From Leidyana gryllorum EB-2025a (lineage: Eukaryota > Protista > Apicomplexa): a DNA stretch of 64,000 nt. The notes under the pieces are model-generated. The model was given only the letters and a program-made list of their open reading frames with translations, did not search any database and had not been told where the DNA came from. Below, one piece after another: positions 1 to 11,670 of the stretch. The translations under genes were made by a program, and so were the position numbers. Position 1 is the stretch's first letter; the number at the start of each line of letters is the position of its first letter. The DNA lies in NCBI GenBank assembly GCA_048772705.1, contig JBLWGC010000035.1, positions 186,001-250,000 of the forward strand, read 5' to 3'.

Positions 1-2
1 TA

Positions 3-173
3 TCCGCGCCTCGGGGCGAAGAAGGGACGTCAATAGACAGTCAGTGGTACCACTTTAGTGATGATCAGGTGTGGAAGGCTGATCCCCATCATCAGCATCC
101 GGACGGTGCAGCGATATATCTCATCTGGTTCAAGCGCGTTAATGCATGGGGAAGAAACAATCTTTACATCTGA
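3..173 (+). CDS. C-terminal end of a ubiquitin-specific protease (USP/C19 family), partial at window edge
   Basis: Frame 3 translates to ...SQWYHFSDDQVWK...AAIYLIWFKRV...*, matching the USP terminal W.xFxDxxV...AYxLFYxR pattern; not in the ORF track. Confidence 0.6.
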   Translation, partial: SAPRGEEGTSIDSQWYHFSDDQVWKADPHHQHPDGAAIYLIWFKRVNAWGRNNLYI

Positions 174-284
174 GAACAAACACACGAGCTCACTGTCGTT
201 CATTTACTTACACACAGACATACACGAATGTGCTGGGAAGCGAGTGAGTAAAGGAAGTGAGCAAGCGAAGAGCAGACATGCACA

Positions 285-683
285 TCATTCGAAGTCCACA
301 AGGTCATTTGTGCGTTGTGTTCTAGGCCCTCCACTGCTGATCTTTTTATCGATTAATGCTCCCATAACAGCTTCATCCCCGGCTTCAACAGTCTTCATGG
401 CTTCAGCGACTAGTTTGCGGACGACCTTCCAGTCTGTGTGGCCGGTAGCATGGGATGGCTTCTGTTGGATCTCCTCCAGTTCCTTTTGACGTTTAGCAGC
501 TTGCTTCTCGAGTTCCTCAACCTGGTCCTTCATGGCATTGTAGAATCGTTCCAGATCGGCTTTGGCTTCTTTCCGGATCTCCTCCCGTCGTCTGACTTCT
601 TCCTCGTCTCTCTGTCGCAGGAGAGCTTCATGTTGAGACGATGATGCCGCCACTGTATTCCATTCGGTCGAAGCAGCCGCCAT
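285..683 (-). CDS. Clathrin light chain-like protein (132 aa), in frame with the 3' end of the DPH6 ORF
   Basis: RQRDEEEVRRREEIRKEAKADLERFY...coiled coil...TDWKVVRKLV resembles the CLC central helix and C-terminal W..V..L motif; ATG at 683 preceded by a T7 tract. Confidence 0.6.
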   Translation of the reverse strand: MAAASTEWNTVAASSSQHEALLRQRDEEEVRRREEIRKEAKADLERFYNAMKDQVEELEKQAAKRQKELEEIQQKPSHATGHTDWKVVRKLVAEAMKTVEAGDEAVMGALIDKKISSGGPRTQRTNDLVDFE

Positions 684-2570
684 TTCACTACGCCCAAAAA
701 AACCCTCCACTCTAACGAAACAATGTGGAGGCTCAATGGATTTCACTTCCACTTCCACTTCAACCCCACTCCCCTCGAAACAGTCAACAAAGTCAGCGGA
801 CACAGCTGACGACCAATGGGATTCACCATCAGATGAGTTGACGGTCGCTCCCAGTAACCCACACTCTGTCCATCGTTGTCTATCCAAAGTGCTTTCGGGA
901 CTCCATTCCCCATTGGCAGCCACGAAGGCACCGCTATTTCTCTGCACCCAGTCAATTACCACTTGTTCCATCACATTTAAACCCAACAACCTCAACAACT
1001 CCTGATTGATTACCACCCGGACCTTCGTCAAAGTCTTCTTGTGGACTGCCAAAGTGTTTCGAGCGCTCACCAGCGCCTGTAACAACTCGGCCGCCAGAGC
1101 GGTGAATACATTGCCTCGGGTCCACATGGCGGTCTGGGGTCCAGCTGAGGTGGAGTTGGGTCTGGAAGGTACTATTGTCGCCAAAGGGGTGATCAACCCA
1201 TCTCGGAAAGGTATGAAGCCATAGCAATCAGACCAGTACACCTCGTCTGTGCCTTGGCATTCCATACTGCCAATGTCTGCGAAGGGGTGGAGGCCCCCCA
1301 GAATGGACAACGAGTGAAGGTGCTGAACATTTTGCGCTCCCTCCAGTGTCACCGTCTTCTTCTCGCCCCCAACGAACAGAGTGTTCTTCTGCACAGTCTT
1401 CCTGAAGCTTTGAAACTTGGAGACAGTTCTTGCAAAGAGCTCTGCCCCGGCTGGTGTCCAGGTTGATGGTACCTCGGCTTCTAATTGAGTGCTCAGCCCT
1501 TCAACCGAAATTCCCGCCATCACAGACAAGAAGCGATAGTGCGACAGAAAGAGATCTCGGAGCTCATCACATTTGCGACTCATCCTCATTCTGTCGGCGA
1601 AAGTAGGAACGTTTGCCTTCTCCCCATTGACAGACGGTACCACGTCTGTCAGAACAGCGTAGCACACGGGATCGAACGTGTTGCCATCGTCACGGCTATC
1701 CCAATGTACACTGTAATCGTCGATGAACGAGATCAACGGATCATCCCACTTACACATCCAGTGCCTTGGCATATCCGGGGGCATCGAGTACAAATGATTC
1801 GAATTCTCCCCCCTCACCACAGACGTTAATTTGGTATTTGGTATTGAGTTTAAGCAGATCCTCTCGGCAGTCTGCCAGAGACATCATTAAATGACGCTTA
1901 TTAAGTCCGATAGTGGCCGTTTTGATTAATCTGACGTCAAACTCCTGAGAACCCCAGAATGAGGTGAGGTGATCGAGCAGATATATCTGAGGCCATCGCC
2001 ACAAAGGCGCAATAGAAATGAGATTCAATCGGTCACATCTGCAGAAAAATAGTAACCGTGAGCGTCTCGATGCGAAGAGTCAGTCTTACATAGACTCTAC
2101 GCGACGCTTTTGGTAAGTACTGAAAATCGCTCCTGTACAAACCGCGTCAACTTGGAGGTCTGCTTTTACTTGAGACAGCAGCATATACAAATCCTCGACT
2201 TCATCGCCCTCTACAGGGCTGACGTACTCGTTACTTTGCGTTTGAACCGGCGAACCTGTGTGTGCGCGCATTTTAAAACACGGTGGACCCGCCACTCACC
2301 TTGAATCTCGCGTTCGAAGTAAGGCACGTCCGGGAACGCGGACACAGCTAATTGTTTGAGAGCGGTGGAGCCCACCGATTGATACATGTAACTGTCCGTT
2401 TCATCTGTTAGGCAAATGAATACTTTAAGAAGCGCTTCCGCCAGGTGCTCACCTAACCCCCCCCGCGGTTTCAGGTGAGCCAAGGCCACCACTTCATGTC
2501 CCAGTATGTGGGCTAAGTGCAGGGCCAGTATACTGTCTTTGCCACCCGAAATCAATGCTACGACCCGCAT
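684..2570 (-). CDS. DPH6: Diphthine--ammonia ligase with long C-terminal extension (possible degenerate RidA/YjgF domains); 4 short introns; 3' end uncertain
   Basis: MRVVALISGGKDS, DSYMYQSVG, EGDEVEDLY, GAIFSTYQKRRVE, NVCGEGGEFESFVLDAP; intron GTAAGT..TTACAG near 1710-1753 joins the domain to the 285..1820 ORF. Confidence 0.9.
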
Positions 2571-2608
2571 GGTGCCACAGGGGTGCAACCCTTTTTTTGG
2601 TACTGACA
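2571..2608. promoter_or_regulatory. Putative minimal bidirectional promoter with T7GG
   Basis: 38 bp between divergent ATGs containing ctttttttgg. Confidence 0.4.
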
Positions 2609-3508
2609 ATGCCTTCTTCTCGGAGCACATGGCCTCACAAACTCAGAGAACAGACTGGTGCTGACCACGCGTTCATTGACGAGCTCAGTCGACTCAGGAA
2701 GAAATGTAGAGAACTCACAGAAACACTCAGCAGCAGTTTTCACAATGACCAAGAAGACAACGATGATGAAGCTATAGCTTCCTCCGAAGACTCTTCTGAA
2801 TCATCCACACATTCCCACCACCACCATCATCATCATCAGCCTCCTCCTCCTCCTCCCATACTATGGGGTTTTGAGAGCCCCTCCACGTTCCGTGAGATAG
2901 ACCACACTGGGAAAGTCGCGCTGCCAATCTTCGGGTATCCACCAGCACCGGCACCACCATCCCAGCCACCAGAACAGCCTCCACAATGCAAAACTAAGTG
3001 CCGAGCTCACCACAAGAAGAAACGAGCTTCTTCTCCGAGGGTTGTGGATGGGCCGCCAGTTGACGCTCCCCATTCTCCGCCACAAGCTGCGTACCCGCCG
3101 TCTCCGCAATCCTTCGAGCCTCCCCGGGTGTACGAGCCACCGCGATTCTATGCCCCGTCTTTCTATCCTCCCACTCCGACCCCCGAGCCGCCCCCTTTCA
3201 CCTATTACGCTTCACCGCCAGGAATTATGGAGGTGCCGCCTCATCATCGCCCACATCCGCCTCCGCCTTCACCGCACCAGATAGTTCCTTGGGCTTTTGC
3301 CGCCGATCCCTACGCTTCTACATTCCCCACTATCTTCCCGTGGGGCACAGCAGCGGCCGCGGCAGCAGCTTATGCACATCACCGTCCGCCACTGCCACAT
3401 TATGCATACCCTACTCGGCTGCGTCACCCAGCGCGACGCCCGCGAAAACGCAGATCCGGAGGCTGTGTAGAGTGTATTGAGGCGTGGCTTCTAGAGGATG
3501 ACGACTGA
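2609..3508 (+). CDS. Pro/His-rich low-complexity hypothetical protein (~299 aa)
   Basis: Open ORF, N-terminal coiled coil, poly-His/poly-Pro, basic RRPRKRR and GGCVEC near the C-terminus; ATG 2609 follows a T7GG motif. Confidence 0.6.
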   Translation: MPSSRSTWPHKLREQTGADHAFIDELSRLRKKCRELTETLSSSFHNDQEDNDDEAIASSEDSSESSTHSHHHHHHHQPPPPPPILWGFESPSTFREIDHTGKVALPIFGYPPAPAPPSQPPEQPPQCKTKCRAHHKKKRASSPRVVDGPPVDAPHSPPQAAYPPSPQSFEPPRVYEPPRFYAPSFYPPTPTPEPPPFTYYASPPGIMEVPPHHRPHPPPPSPHQIVPWAFAADPYASTFPTIFPWGTAAAAAAAYAHHRPPLPHYAYPTRLRHPARRPRKRRSGGCVECIEAWLLEDDD

Positions 3509-3596
3509 TCACCGTCATTGCCAGCCCAATGTGCTGCTGAGTGTTATGCAGCTGACCGAGCTATGCAGCTTGCACGCTCATGTGTTCCGTCTCTTC

Positions 3597-6500
3597 TCAC
3601 AGCACACATCGGCACAGTGGGCACTTGGTATTGTGGGAGGTTTCGTACCACCTATGCCACAGATAATTGGAGGAGAAGGACACAAAACATGAATACTTAC
3701 TGTTGGAGACAATGGGCGTGGAAGTGGTTTCCGCAGCTGCCACACTGCCTTTTCGGCAGCTGTTTGGTAGTTCTGTGGAGCACCGAATAACAGATCAAAC
3801 ACTCTTGAGTGTCCGCGAAGACGTGTGTGAACTTGTCGGCGATTTGGGCGATGGCATACATGAAATTGTATGCACCTCCGGCCAGCCAAGGCAACTCGGA
3901 AGCATCATTCGTCGCTCGGAACTGTGCCCCCCGCAAAATTCTCATTACACACACCGTCCAGGCGCGGAGCGTCAGAGGTGATATAGCTGTGTTCTGCTTG
4001 CCTCCATCGGCCAGCGAGAACTCTGGAAACTTGAGAGGGTATCGTTTGGGCTGAACACCCAGCCGTGCCTTTAGTCGGATCTCTCGCGACTCATCCCAAA
4101 CAGTACACAACCATTGGGTGCCATCATAGGTCACGGCAATATCTCCCCGGAACAGAGTGCCCAGAGCATCCGCTTGAGCAGCAAAGTGCTGACGCCACCC
4201 TTGTGCCACGTGCTCATTATCTTGTATACGTGCTAGCAAATGCCTTCCATCTTTTGTCAGATCTTCTTCGTAGACTTCGCGGAATGTGTCAGGATACGTC
4301 AAGCAGCATGTAGTAACCAGCTCGACCGCTCGGCTGAGATTAGTGCTCTGGGGAACCAAATGTTGGGTAGCAACACCCAGTAGAATAGCCACGGGGGAAC
4401 GAGCAGCGTTTGCGGGTCGCCACGAAGTGTACCAGCCTTCCAACCGCGATGGGGTCAAACCCGTCTGTAAGCTCGCGACCGCATTGAAAGCGCTCATTCG
4501 AGAGGGTAATCGACTGCGAGGCCGAATGAGCAGCGATTGCAATGCCAATTCTGGACGGTCCAAAAACTCGTATACTTTCCGCAGGAACGGCGTCAAAGAA
4601 ATCTCTTCGACGGTGCTGGGTTGACGAGCTGGAGACTCCAACAAGTTGACCACAGTGGCAGCCAGCACCACTTGCTGTACGTCAAAGTTGACTCCAACTT
4701 GTTCATCCTCAACGTTAATATCCTGCATCACCGCGCTGGTGAACTCCTTTGAAATAGATTGCACGAACGTTTTGGCCACATGGCGACCAAATATCAAAGC
4801 CAACCAGAACGTTAAGGAATCTTCAGTTCGTACATCCAATAATGTCGGGTCCTCTCCTGATGAGGCTGGCAGAATACACTTTGATATTGCAGAATGTACC
4901 GCTTGGGGACCAGTCAGCCCGCCACCACTCCCAACAGCTGCGTCGCTTTCCATTCCCGACCCATCCGCCGCCGGGGGAGAATCAATTTTGCGGGGCTTCG
5001 CCAAGTAATCCAGCAGTGGCAGGGACGTCCAGGGGTACTTCCGCAATGCCTCATACACAGTCGCGTGCAAATCAGGGCAATTATGAAAAGTTGTAGTGGA
5101 GGTCAAAAGCTGCGTTAGAAGCAGTATGTGACGTCGGGTCTCCCGCATACAATCAATCTCATCAGTGTTCGTCTGAATGGCTTCTTTGAGAGCACCAAGC
5201 CGCTCCACCAAACGACCATACGCCTCCACCATGTTGGCTGCGCCCTCGTCCCAGAGCTCACAGTCCGCTGCAGGATCATAATCCTCGACTTCTTCAACCG
5301 AGGGAGCCGCGCTGCTCAGCGCCTTTGCGGGTGAGCTGGCGATCGACTCTCCTCCACTGGGCGTCAGTACTTTTCCGCACAACCCTTTCTTCAGCCGCTG
5401 AGTCAACAATAGTAGCTGTGTGATCGGTATGAGCATAGCGCTGGTAGATTCCACGCTGATCAATATAGTGTTTGGCTCCAACTCGGCTTCTGCCTCTTCC
5501 AACTTGGATACAAACCACGGGAAGATCTCCGTGTCCAGGAAACTTCCCATGTTGGCAATTATCTCGAGGTCGTGCCCTTCCGTTACGTATGCCTCGAACT
5601 TTGCCGCCCAGAGACCACACAGATCATTCGGTACAGTGACAGTCCAAAGGTTGTCGCGGTGAATCAGCAACAGCGAGGCCGCCAAAATGGCGGATCCTTC
5701 AGCCGCCTCCATATCCAACTGAAACAAAGTCTCCACGATCCTAGCAGGCCTTCTCTTGTCTTCGTCTTGAGACTGAACGGAAGCAAACCAGTCGGAGCCT
5801 TCCTTCAGCCTGGCCAGGAGAACACATAGCCATGCTGTTCGAGCCGCTTTCGAATCCAATCCAAGCCACACATGTTCCCAGTGATTGAGATCATTGAGTT
5901 GGAGAGTGAGCATCACCAGTGGTTCTGGGGCGCCCTCTGGCAGCCATCCCACAAAGGAGAATGCTCTTCCGAGAAGCGCTTGACAGACTTTCCATACATG
6001 TTTGCTGTCGCTCCAGACTTCTGCTGGCCAGAGGTTCTGGAGGTCGAACAGAGCTATGTCAGCGAACGCATAGGTTCCGAGCTGCAGGTCAGCCGCCGTG
6101 AACGGCTCGTGGGCCCCCAATGCTGCTGTCAGGGCAATGGTCATGTAAGTATCAGAGATCTGGGCCAAAATTGGGCGGATCATCTTGCTGCCGACCAAAT
6201 ACACCAACAGACGATGTAAAGGAGCAGGGAAAGGGTTCAGTCCCCCCTGCAATAGTCTTGGTCCCAGCCAGGACCAATAAGAAGGCAGTGACTCCAGCAA
6301 GTGTCCCAAATTCTTGTCTTCAATCGCTCGGGGAGACTGCAACAGTTTGTAGGTCAGGGATCTGACCCCGCGTGCCGGAGCTTTGACTGTTGTGCAGCCG
6401 AAGTATTTAGCCAAAGCCATTACTTCAGCGACATCATCAGGAATGTCGTCTTCCACAGTAATGCTCTTGACTTTCAGCCCAGTCATGATAATGTCGGCCA

Positions 6501-8821
6501 GAACAGATTGAAAAAACGTGTCAGTCCCCGGAGAGATGTTGCTCGTGAGTAGTGAATCGATGAGTGATTGGGCAGTCTGGGGATCGAGATTAGAAGAATC
6601 GGTCAATTTATGGCATAAACTCGTGACCACAGCCGGATTTTGGGCATGTTGAGCACAGAGTTCCTGCAGCAGGGGGATAAGACTTTCCGACGATGGCCTC
6701 GGACACTTTTTCTGAGACACCATCACAGCTTGGTAGATGGCATCTGTCAAGGCCGCTTCGAGAGAAGGGTCCTCGCATCTGGCAATCAAAGGAGTCAACT
6801 TTGCTACTTTGATGTCCAGCGGCATGGATGAACGAATGATGAGAGCAATGAGTCGACGTTGGTCTGCCAGTTCAGCTCCGCAGTGCCAGGTGATGTAGGT
6901 GAGAAGTCGGGCCAAATCCCGATCAACATCCGGTTGATCCAGGCAACGGTGATATCGCTCGATTATCATGTTGCGGGTCTCGTTCGGTGGAGAATTGTCG
7001 GATATTATCAGCAAGGTCCTCAACATTACCAGTTGGTTCTTGGTGCTCACTTGCTGGCCGTCTTGTAGCAGGTGCTTCTCCAAGGCTGCGGTGAAATCCG
7101 AGGTGAGAATGCCACGTACTTCCTCTGGCAACCCCCGTGCTATCATTTGAAGGTACTTTTCGAAGTCGCCTAATAATTCTTTCCACATATCCAGCACCGG
7201 AACTGGAAGATAGGAATGATCCAAATCCGGGTTCAATTCGTTCGTCACGCTCTCTAGCCACAGTCGGGCCAACCAGCACTGTTCATCCGCAGGATAGTGT
7301 GTCATTTGGGCTGTCTGCAGCGCTGGAAGCAGATTCAACACCCGTTGCAAGTCCTCAACCTCCAAAATGTCCCGTGGAGGACGCCCAAGGTCGTCTGGCA
7401 GCGTGAAACGATTCCTGTCCGGAACCAACTTCAGCTTGGTCATATCCCATCCTCGGAACATCGACAGAATCAGTCCTCGCAAGAACACCAATGACATCGG
7501 TGCTTCCAGTGGAGGGGCCTGAGGCATCACAGCCGTTATATCCATACTCTTCCGAGTTTCAGTCGCCGGCAACAAGTTGAATAACTCCAACATTGATGGC
7601 AGCAACGCTGTGCTCCGACTAAGTCCCATCTTGGACACTATCACGCAAATGCGCTTGACAAGACTGTCCCGAAGCTGTCATGAAGAGGCGAGTTTAAAGA
7701 GCCCAACATCTCTGTGAGATCACCTACCTTCTTGTCACCGAAGACCTGAGGAGCGTTGAATTGTATGCATTGGCTGATCAGTATGATCCTCGCGGTCTGC
7801 AGAATGGGAGACAAAATGAGTGTCCGACAAATCACCACAGCAAAGCTCCTCACCAGATTTGACGGCGTTTCACCTTCTGGAAGTTTAGCGCATAATCGGA
7901 TCAGAACAGGCGGCAACACATTCCCGTCAGTGGCGTCGCTGCCGATGGCGCGGGCAGCTTCAACATACGCAGTCAAAAGCCGCAACCCCGCCAGCCTTAA
8001 CAATCCGGTGTGCTCAGGACGGATGAATACAGAGGGGCCAAAACGCTCGTGATTCACCAGCGTAGCTAGATCTACAAGATAAGCTTCCTTTCCTTCATTG
8101 TCTATCTCCCGCACAATTTCGCGCAGGGCATCGTACGAAGCAGCCAAAACATTCTGAATGTCCTCGGCTTCGTCAGTACGAGCGTCCAATACAGTGTTGG
8201 ACACACGTTCGATGCGGTCGAACATTGGTGATCTGTGGCCAAGGAGGTACCTGAGAGCCCAATCAAGGCCGCTCACCTGAGTTTGCGGTACAGCTTCGAT
8301 CGCTTGTCAATGTTGCTAGGGGGGAAAAATCTTGTAAAGATGGCGTTCGCGAGCTTGGCCGCTTCCCTCATCGACGAGGCGGCGTAGGCCAGAATGGGTG
8401 GAAAAATGTCGCCAGCCTTGGCCAAAGCACGGTGTGGCGCTCGTGTCATCAAAATCTCTGCCATTGTCAACATGTTACAGCTGACAGCGGCTGAAGTTTC
8501 CGCTTGTTCACTCGCAGTTCTCAGTGCGAAGGCGAAGCTGGGCAAAAGGATAGCTAGAAGGGGCTCATCTTCTTGGGGAGTTGCCGTAGTTTCCGAGGGC
8601 CGACTGTTGACATAATTCTCAACGATATCCCGGGCCGCTTTGGAACCTTTCTGTCGTGTGACTATAGAACGTTTCATCACCCCATCGAGTGCCGTATTGA
8701 AGGCATCGACGGTTTTCTGGTCTTCGGGGCTCAGGTTGAGCGCATGTGTCGGTTGAGTGTCATTGCTTCTTTCGAAGGCTGCGAATACCGACGCCAGAGC
8801 TGCTGATCCTTCTTTGACCAT
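3597..8821 (-). CDS. LTN1: E3 ubiquitin ligase listerin (ribosome quality control), multi-exon
   Basis: N-terminal KRSIVTRQK (KKD..TK.K-like); RWD-like RYPL; RING ECLICYSVLH..QLPKRQCGSCGNHFHAHCLQQ, intron 3652-3700, then WYETSHNTKCPLCR; further introns near 7676-7728 and 8233-8276. Confidence 0.9.
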
Positions 8822-8839
8822 CCAAAAAAACCAGTTCTG
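8822..8839. promoter_or_regulatory. Putative minimal bidirectional promoter with T7GG (minus strand)
   Basis: 18 bp between LTN1 and DPH2 ATGs: ccaaaaaaaccagttctg. Confidence 0.4.
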
Positions 8840-10531
8840 ATGGAGAAGCTTGTCAAGTTCTTGGCCACCCATACTCCTAGACGGATAGGCGTCCAGTTAC
8901 CTAATAGTCAGCTTTCTTTAGCTGGGCAGGTCAGTGAGGCCATAAAATGGGCGGCTCAACACGCCGATATGGCCTCGTCAGAAGTAGTAATCCTGGCAAC
9001 GACTGACCCAGAGAGGGTGTGCACTGACTACCGTCACGCCCGCCACTACGCCACCAGTGAGATACATTTGCCCCTTTCAGCAATATAACTAATCTCTCTC
9101 TCATAGATGTGCTGATCCAAGTAGGCCAAGCTTGCCGCTGTGGCACGCCGGGTGGGCCAAAAGATCCCCCGGTACTCTACCTTACGTTCGAAGACCTCAA
9201 GATACGTTCGACCAGCTCTCATGCGGATGAAAATATTGTCTTGCCTCCCGCAAGCTCCATACCCGGCCTCCTGGGTGGCAAAGCTGTTGCCTGGTTGGTG
9301 GTCGAAAACGCCGATGCTCTCCAGTTGTTGACTGATGAATGGATCAAAGGTTTTGATGGAGTGATATCATATCAATCACAGGCGTATGAGCTCGAAACGA
9401 CTCATCTGCCGTCCACATTCCCCGCGGTTGATTGGGAAACTTTCGTTACCCATTCCTCCGACGGCGCATGTCCATCAACTCCCATGACCTTATTCTACCT
9501 GGGAGACCAAAGTCACCCGTTTTTTGAGGTCATTCAGCAACGTTATCACAGCTGTATATCATCGGATGTCTACCTATTCCCTTCAATGACGACGGTAAAG
9601 AAGAGCGCCAGCTGGGCCCTCGCGCGGTACAGTTGGATTGAGGAACTCAAAAATGCCGATCGCTTAGCTCTCATCATCACCGATCGTCTGTCAGATGAGG
9701 AGGAAGCTTGTCGAGCCCGCGTGAAGAAGGCCTTAAGGTGCGATGGTATCTTACTCTTCTCTCAAATTCACCTTTGGTTTCTGCAGAGAGGCGGGAAAGC
9801 TCGTCACCCAAATTTCGGTTGATCCTATCACCCTCCCTAAACTGGAAAACTTTGCTGACTGCGATGGCTTTTGCTTCATTGGGTGCCCAACCCGCGCACG
9901 GCGGTTGATTGGACAGTCCAAAGACTTCCGGCGTAAAGTCTTTATGCCTCACGAAGTACTGGTAAGGTTTGCCGGTGTCCGTGTGTCTGTGCAGCTGGTC
10001 TCACCACCTGTTACGTTGCTTGCAAGTATTGATTCGGCCGATGACGTATATTTATCTGTTTTTCTGTCATAGATTGCGTATGGAAATCGCGAGTGGACTA
10101 CGCATTTCGAACTCAACCCAAAAGCTATTTCGGAAGACATCACGATCGCGGAGGAAGACAAGAATGATTCTCTAATCTCTGTTGATGAAGAGTGCAGAGC
10201 TCTGCAAATACTTGAAGGAAAACAGTTGGCAGTGACTGCTGGGCAGGGATTGGTTCCAGTGACTGCCAGGACGTACCAAGGCATCACAGAGGACGGCTGG
10301 GTGAGTGTGGGCGAGAACGAAGACGAAGAGGAAGAGCAGTGCCCCGATGAGCGGTACTGCACGATGCCAATCAGACGTCCCCGGCGTATTTATGTATACC
10401 AAGGAATGGAAGGCATTGCCTCATATTACGAGGGCGAATCTTCAAGATCTCTGTTCGGTGGTTCAGAGGCTTTCCTCGACCGAGCGAAAGAAGCTCATTG
10501 TTGCCATCCTCCTTCTTACCGGCCCTGCTGA
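8840..10531 (+). CDS. DPH2: Diphthamide biosynthesis protein 2-like, multi-exon
   Basis: RRIGVQLP, VCTDYRHARHY, DVLIQVGQAC, PKLENFADCDGFCFIGCP, KDFRRKVFMPHE, C-terminal RTYQGI...GIASYYEGE. Confidence 0.8.
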
Positions 10532-11550
10532 GCATTGGCTTGTTGCTTGCGTATCAAGTCCGCTCGCGCTCGATCTAGTAACATGTCGGCATATATAAAG
10601 ACACCTTCTTCCCGGGTTGCTTTCTGCTGCCTTTGTTGCGGTGAGTAGAAGATTTGGTCTCCCGCCGTTGCAACTTGACTGCCTGCGATCAACTGATAGC
10701 TTCTCGCAATGAAATAAGGAAGCAACACGTGTAATGTGTTGCTCCCCCTTCGGGTCGCTGGAGTCGCCGTCTTCGGGGACTGCCCTGTCAAAACCCCCAG
10801 TCTATTCAGTTGTACCATCTGATAATACGCTTGATCGAGGTCTCCCTGGACTAGCGCGATATAAAGGTGACCGAGACACTTCATCACTGGCTCAGTCTCG
10901 CGTGGCTGATGACTAGTGAAAGTCTCAAAGAAATCCTTGAACTCCATATGACTCTTGGTCGCTGTAGACATCTCCACCATCTTCTTGAGCGCTGACATGT
11001 TACGGAATAAAGGGTCAAACACACTCAACAATGTCCAGCGTGTGAAATTCTTCTGCAACTTTGCCTTGGAGAATGCCCCATCAACGCCACCAAAGTAGAC
11101 CGGCTCTACTTTCTCCTCCTTTGCATCGTCTTTGCCCCACTCTTTCTCAACCATTTGTCGCAAATCGTTGGGCAAGTCTTTCACTGCTATTTCACCCTCG
11201 GGGTCCAAAAGAGCCATCATGGCCAAAGGATCCAACTGCCCGTCCGCATCCATTAAAAGAGCCATATCGTCGCTCTGCAACCCAGTCGCCAAACTGGGAG
11301 GCAACCCAAGACCGTTCAACGGAGTCGAGACGCCCAACCCCAACTCCATCAAAGCGGAGAGATCCGATCCTCCCATGAGTCCGCCTAGTGGACCGTCATT
11401 ATTAGGGATTTGGCCAAGAAGATTCGGGTCGAGTCCCATAGTTTGAGTGCCCGGCAAGGACCATGCCAACATCATAGGGACCAAGGTGTTGTTCTGGCTG
11501 CCATCAAGCTTTTTAAACCCTCCATGCCTGCTCTGATTCACAGGTGGCAT
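10516..11550 (-). CDS. Hypothetical protein (Gly/Leu/Met-rich N-terminus, helical C-terminus)
   Basis: Single ~344 aa ORF; no family recognised. Confidence 0.6.
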   Translation of the reverse strand: MPPVNQSRHGGFKKLDGSQNNTLVPMMLAWSLPGTQTMGLDPNLLGQIPNNDGPLGGLMGGSDLSALMELGLGVSTPLNGLGLPPSLATGLQSDDMALLMDADGQLDPLAMMALLDPEGEIAVKDLPNDLRQMVEKEWGKDDAKEEKVEPVYFGGVDGAFSKAKLQKNFTRWTLLSVFDPLFRNMSALKKMVEMSTATKSHMEFKDFFETFTSHQPRETEPVMKCLGHLYIALVQGDLDQAYYQMVQLNRLGVLTGQSPKTATPATRRGSNTLHVLLPYFIARSYQLIAGSQVATAGDQIFYSPQQRQQKATREEGVFIYADMLLDRARADLIRKQQANAQQGR

Positions 11551-11670
11551 TTCGGCAGATATAAATTTATTTTGCACTCCGGCTGCTTCTCAAATGGCGA
11601 AGGCGCTACTGCTGCCACCTTGTTTTGCGATCGTTTACAAACGCGTGTGTGTGGTGTGTTATGCAACTCC

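Noticed and set aside
8822-8872. LTN1 start at 8872 overlapping the DPH2 coding region
   Set aside because: The downstream ATG at 8821 follows the T7GG motif and avoids the overlap; it is preferred but unproven
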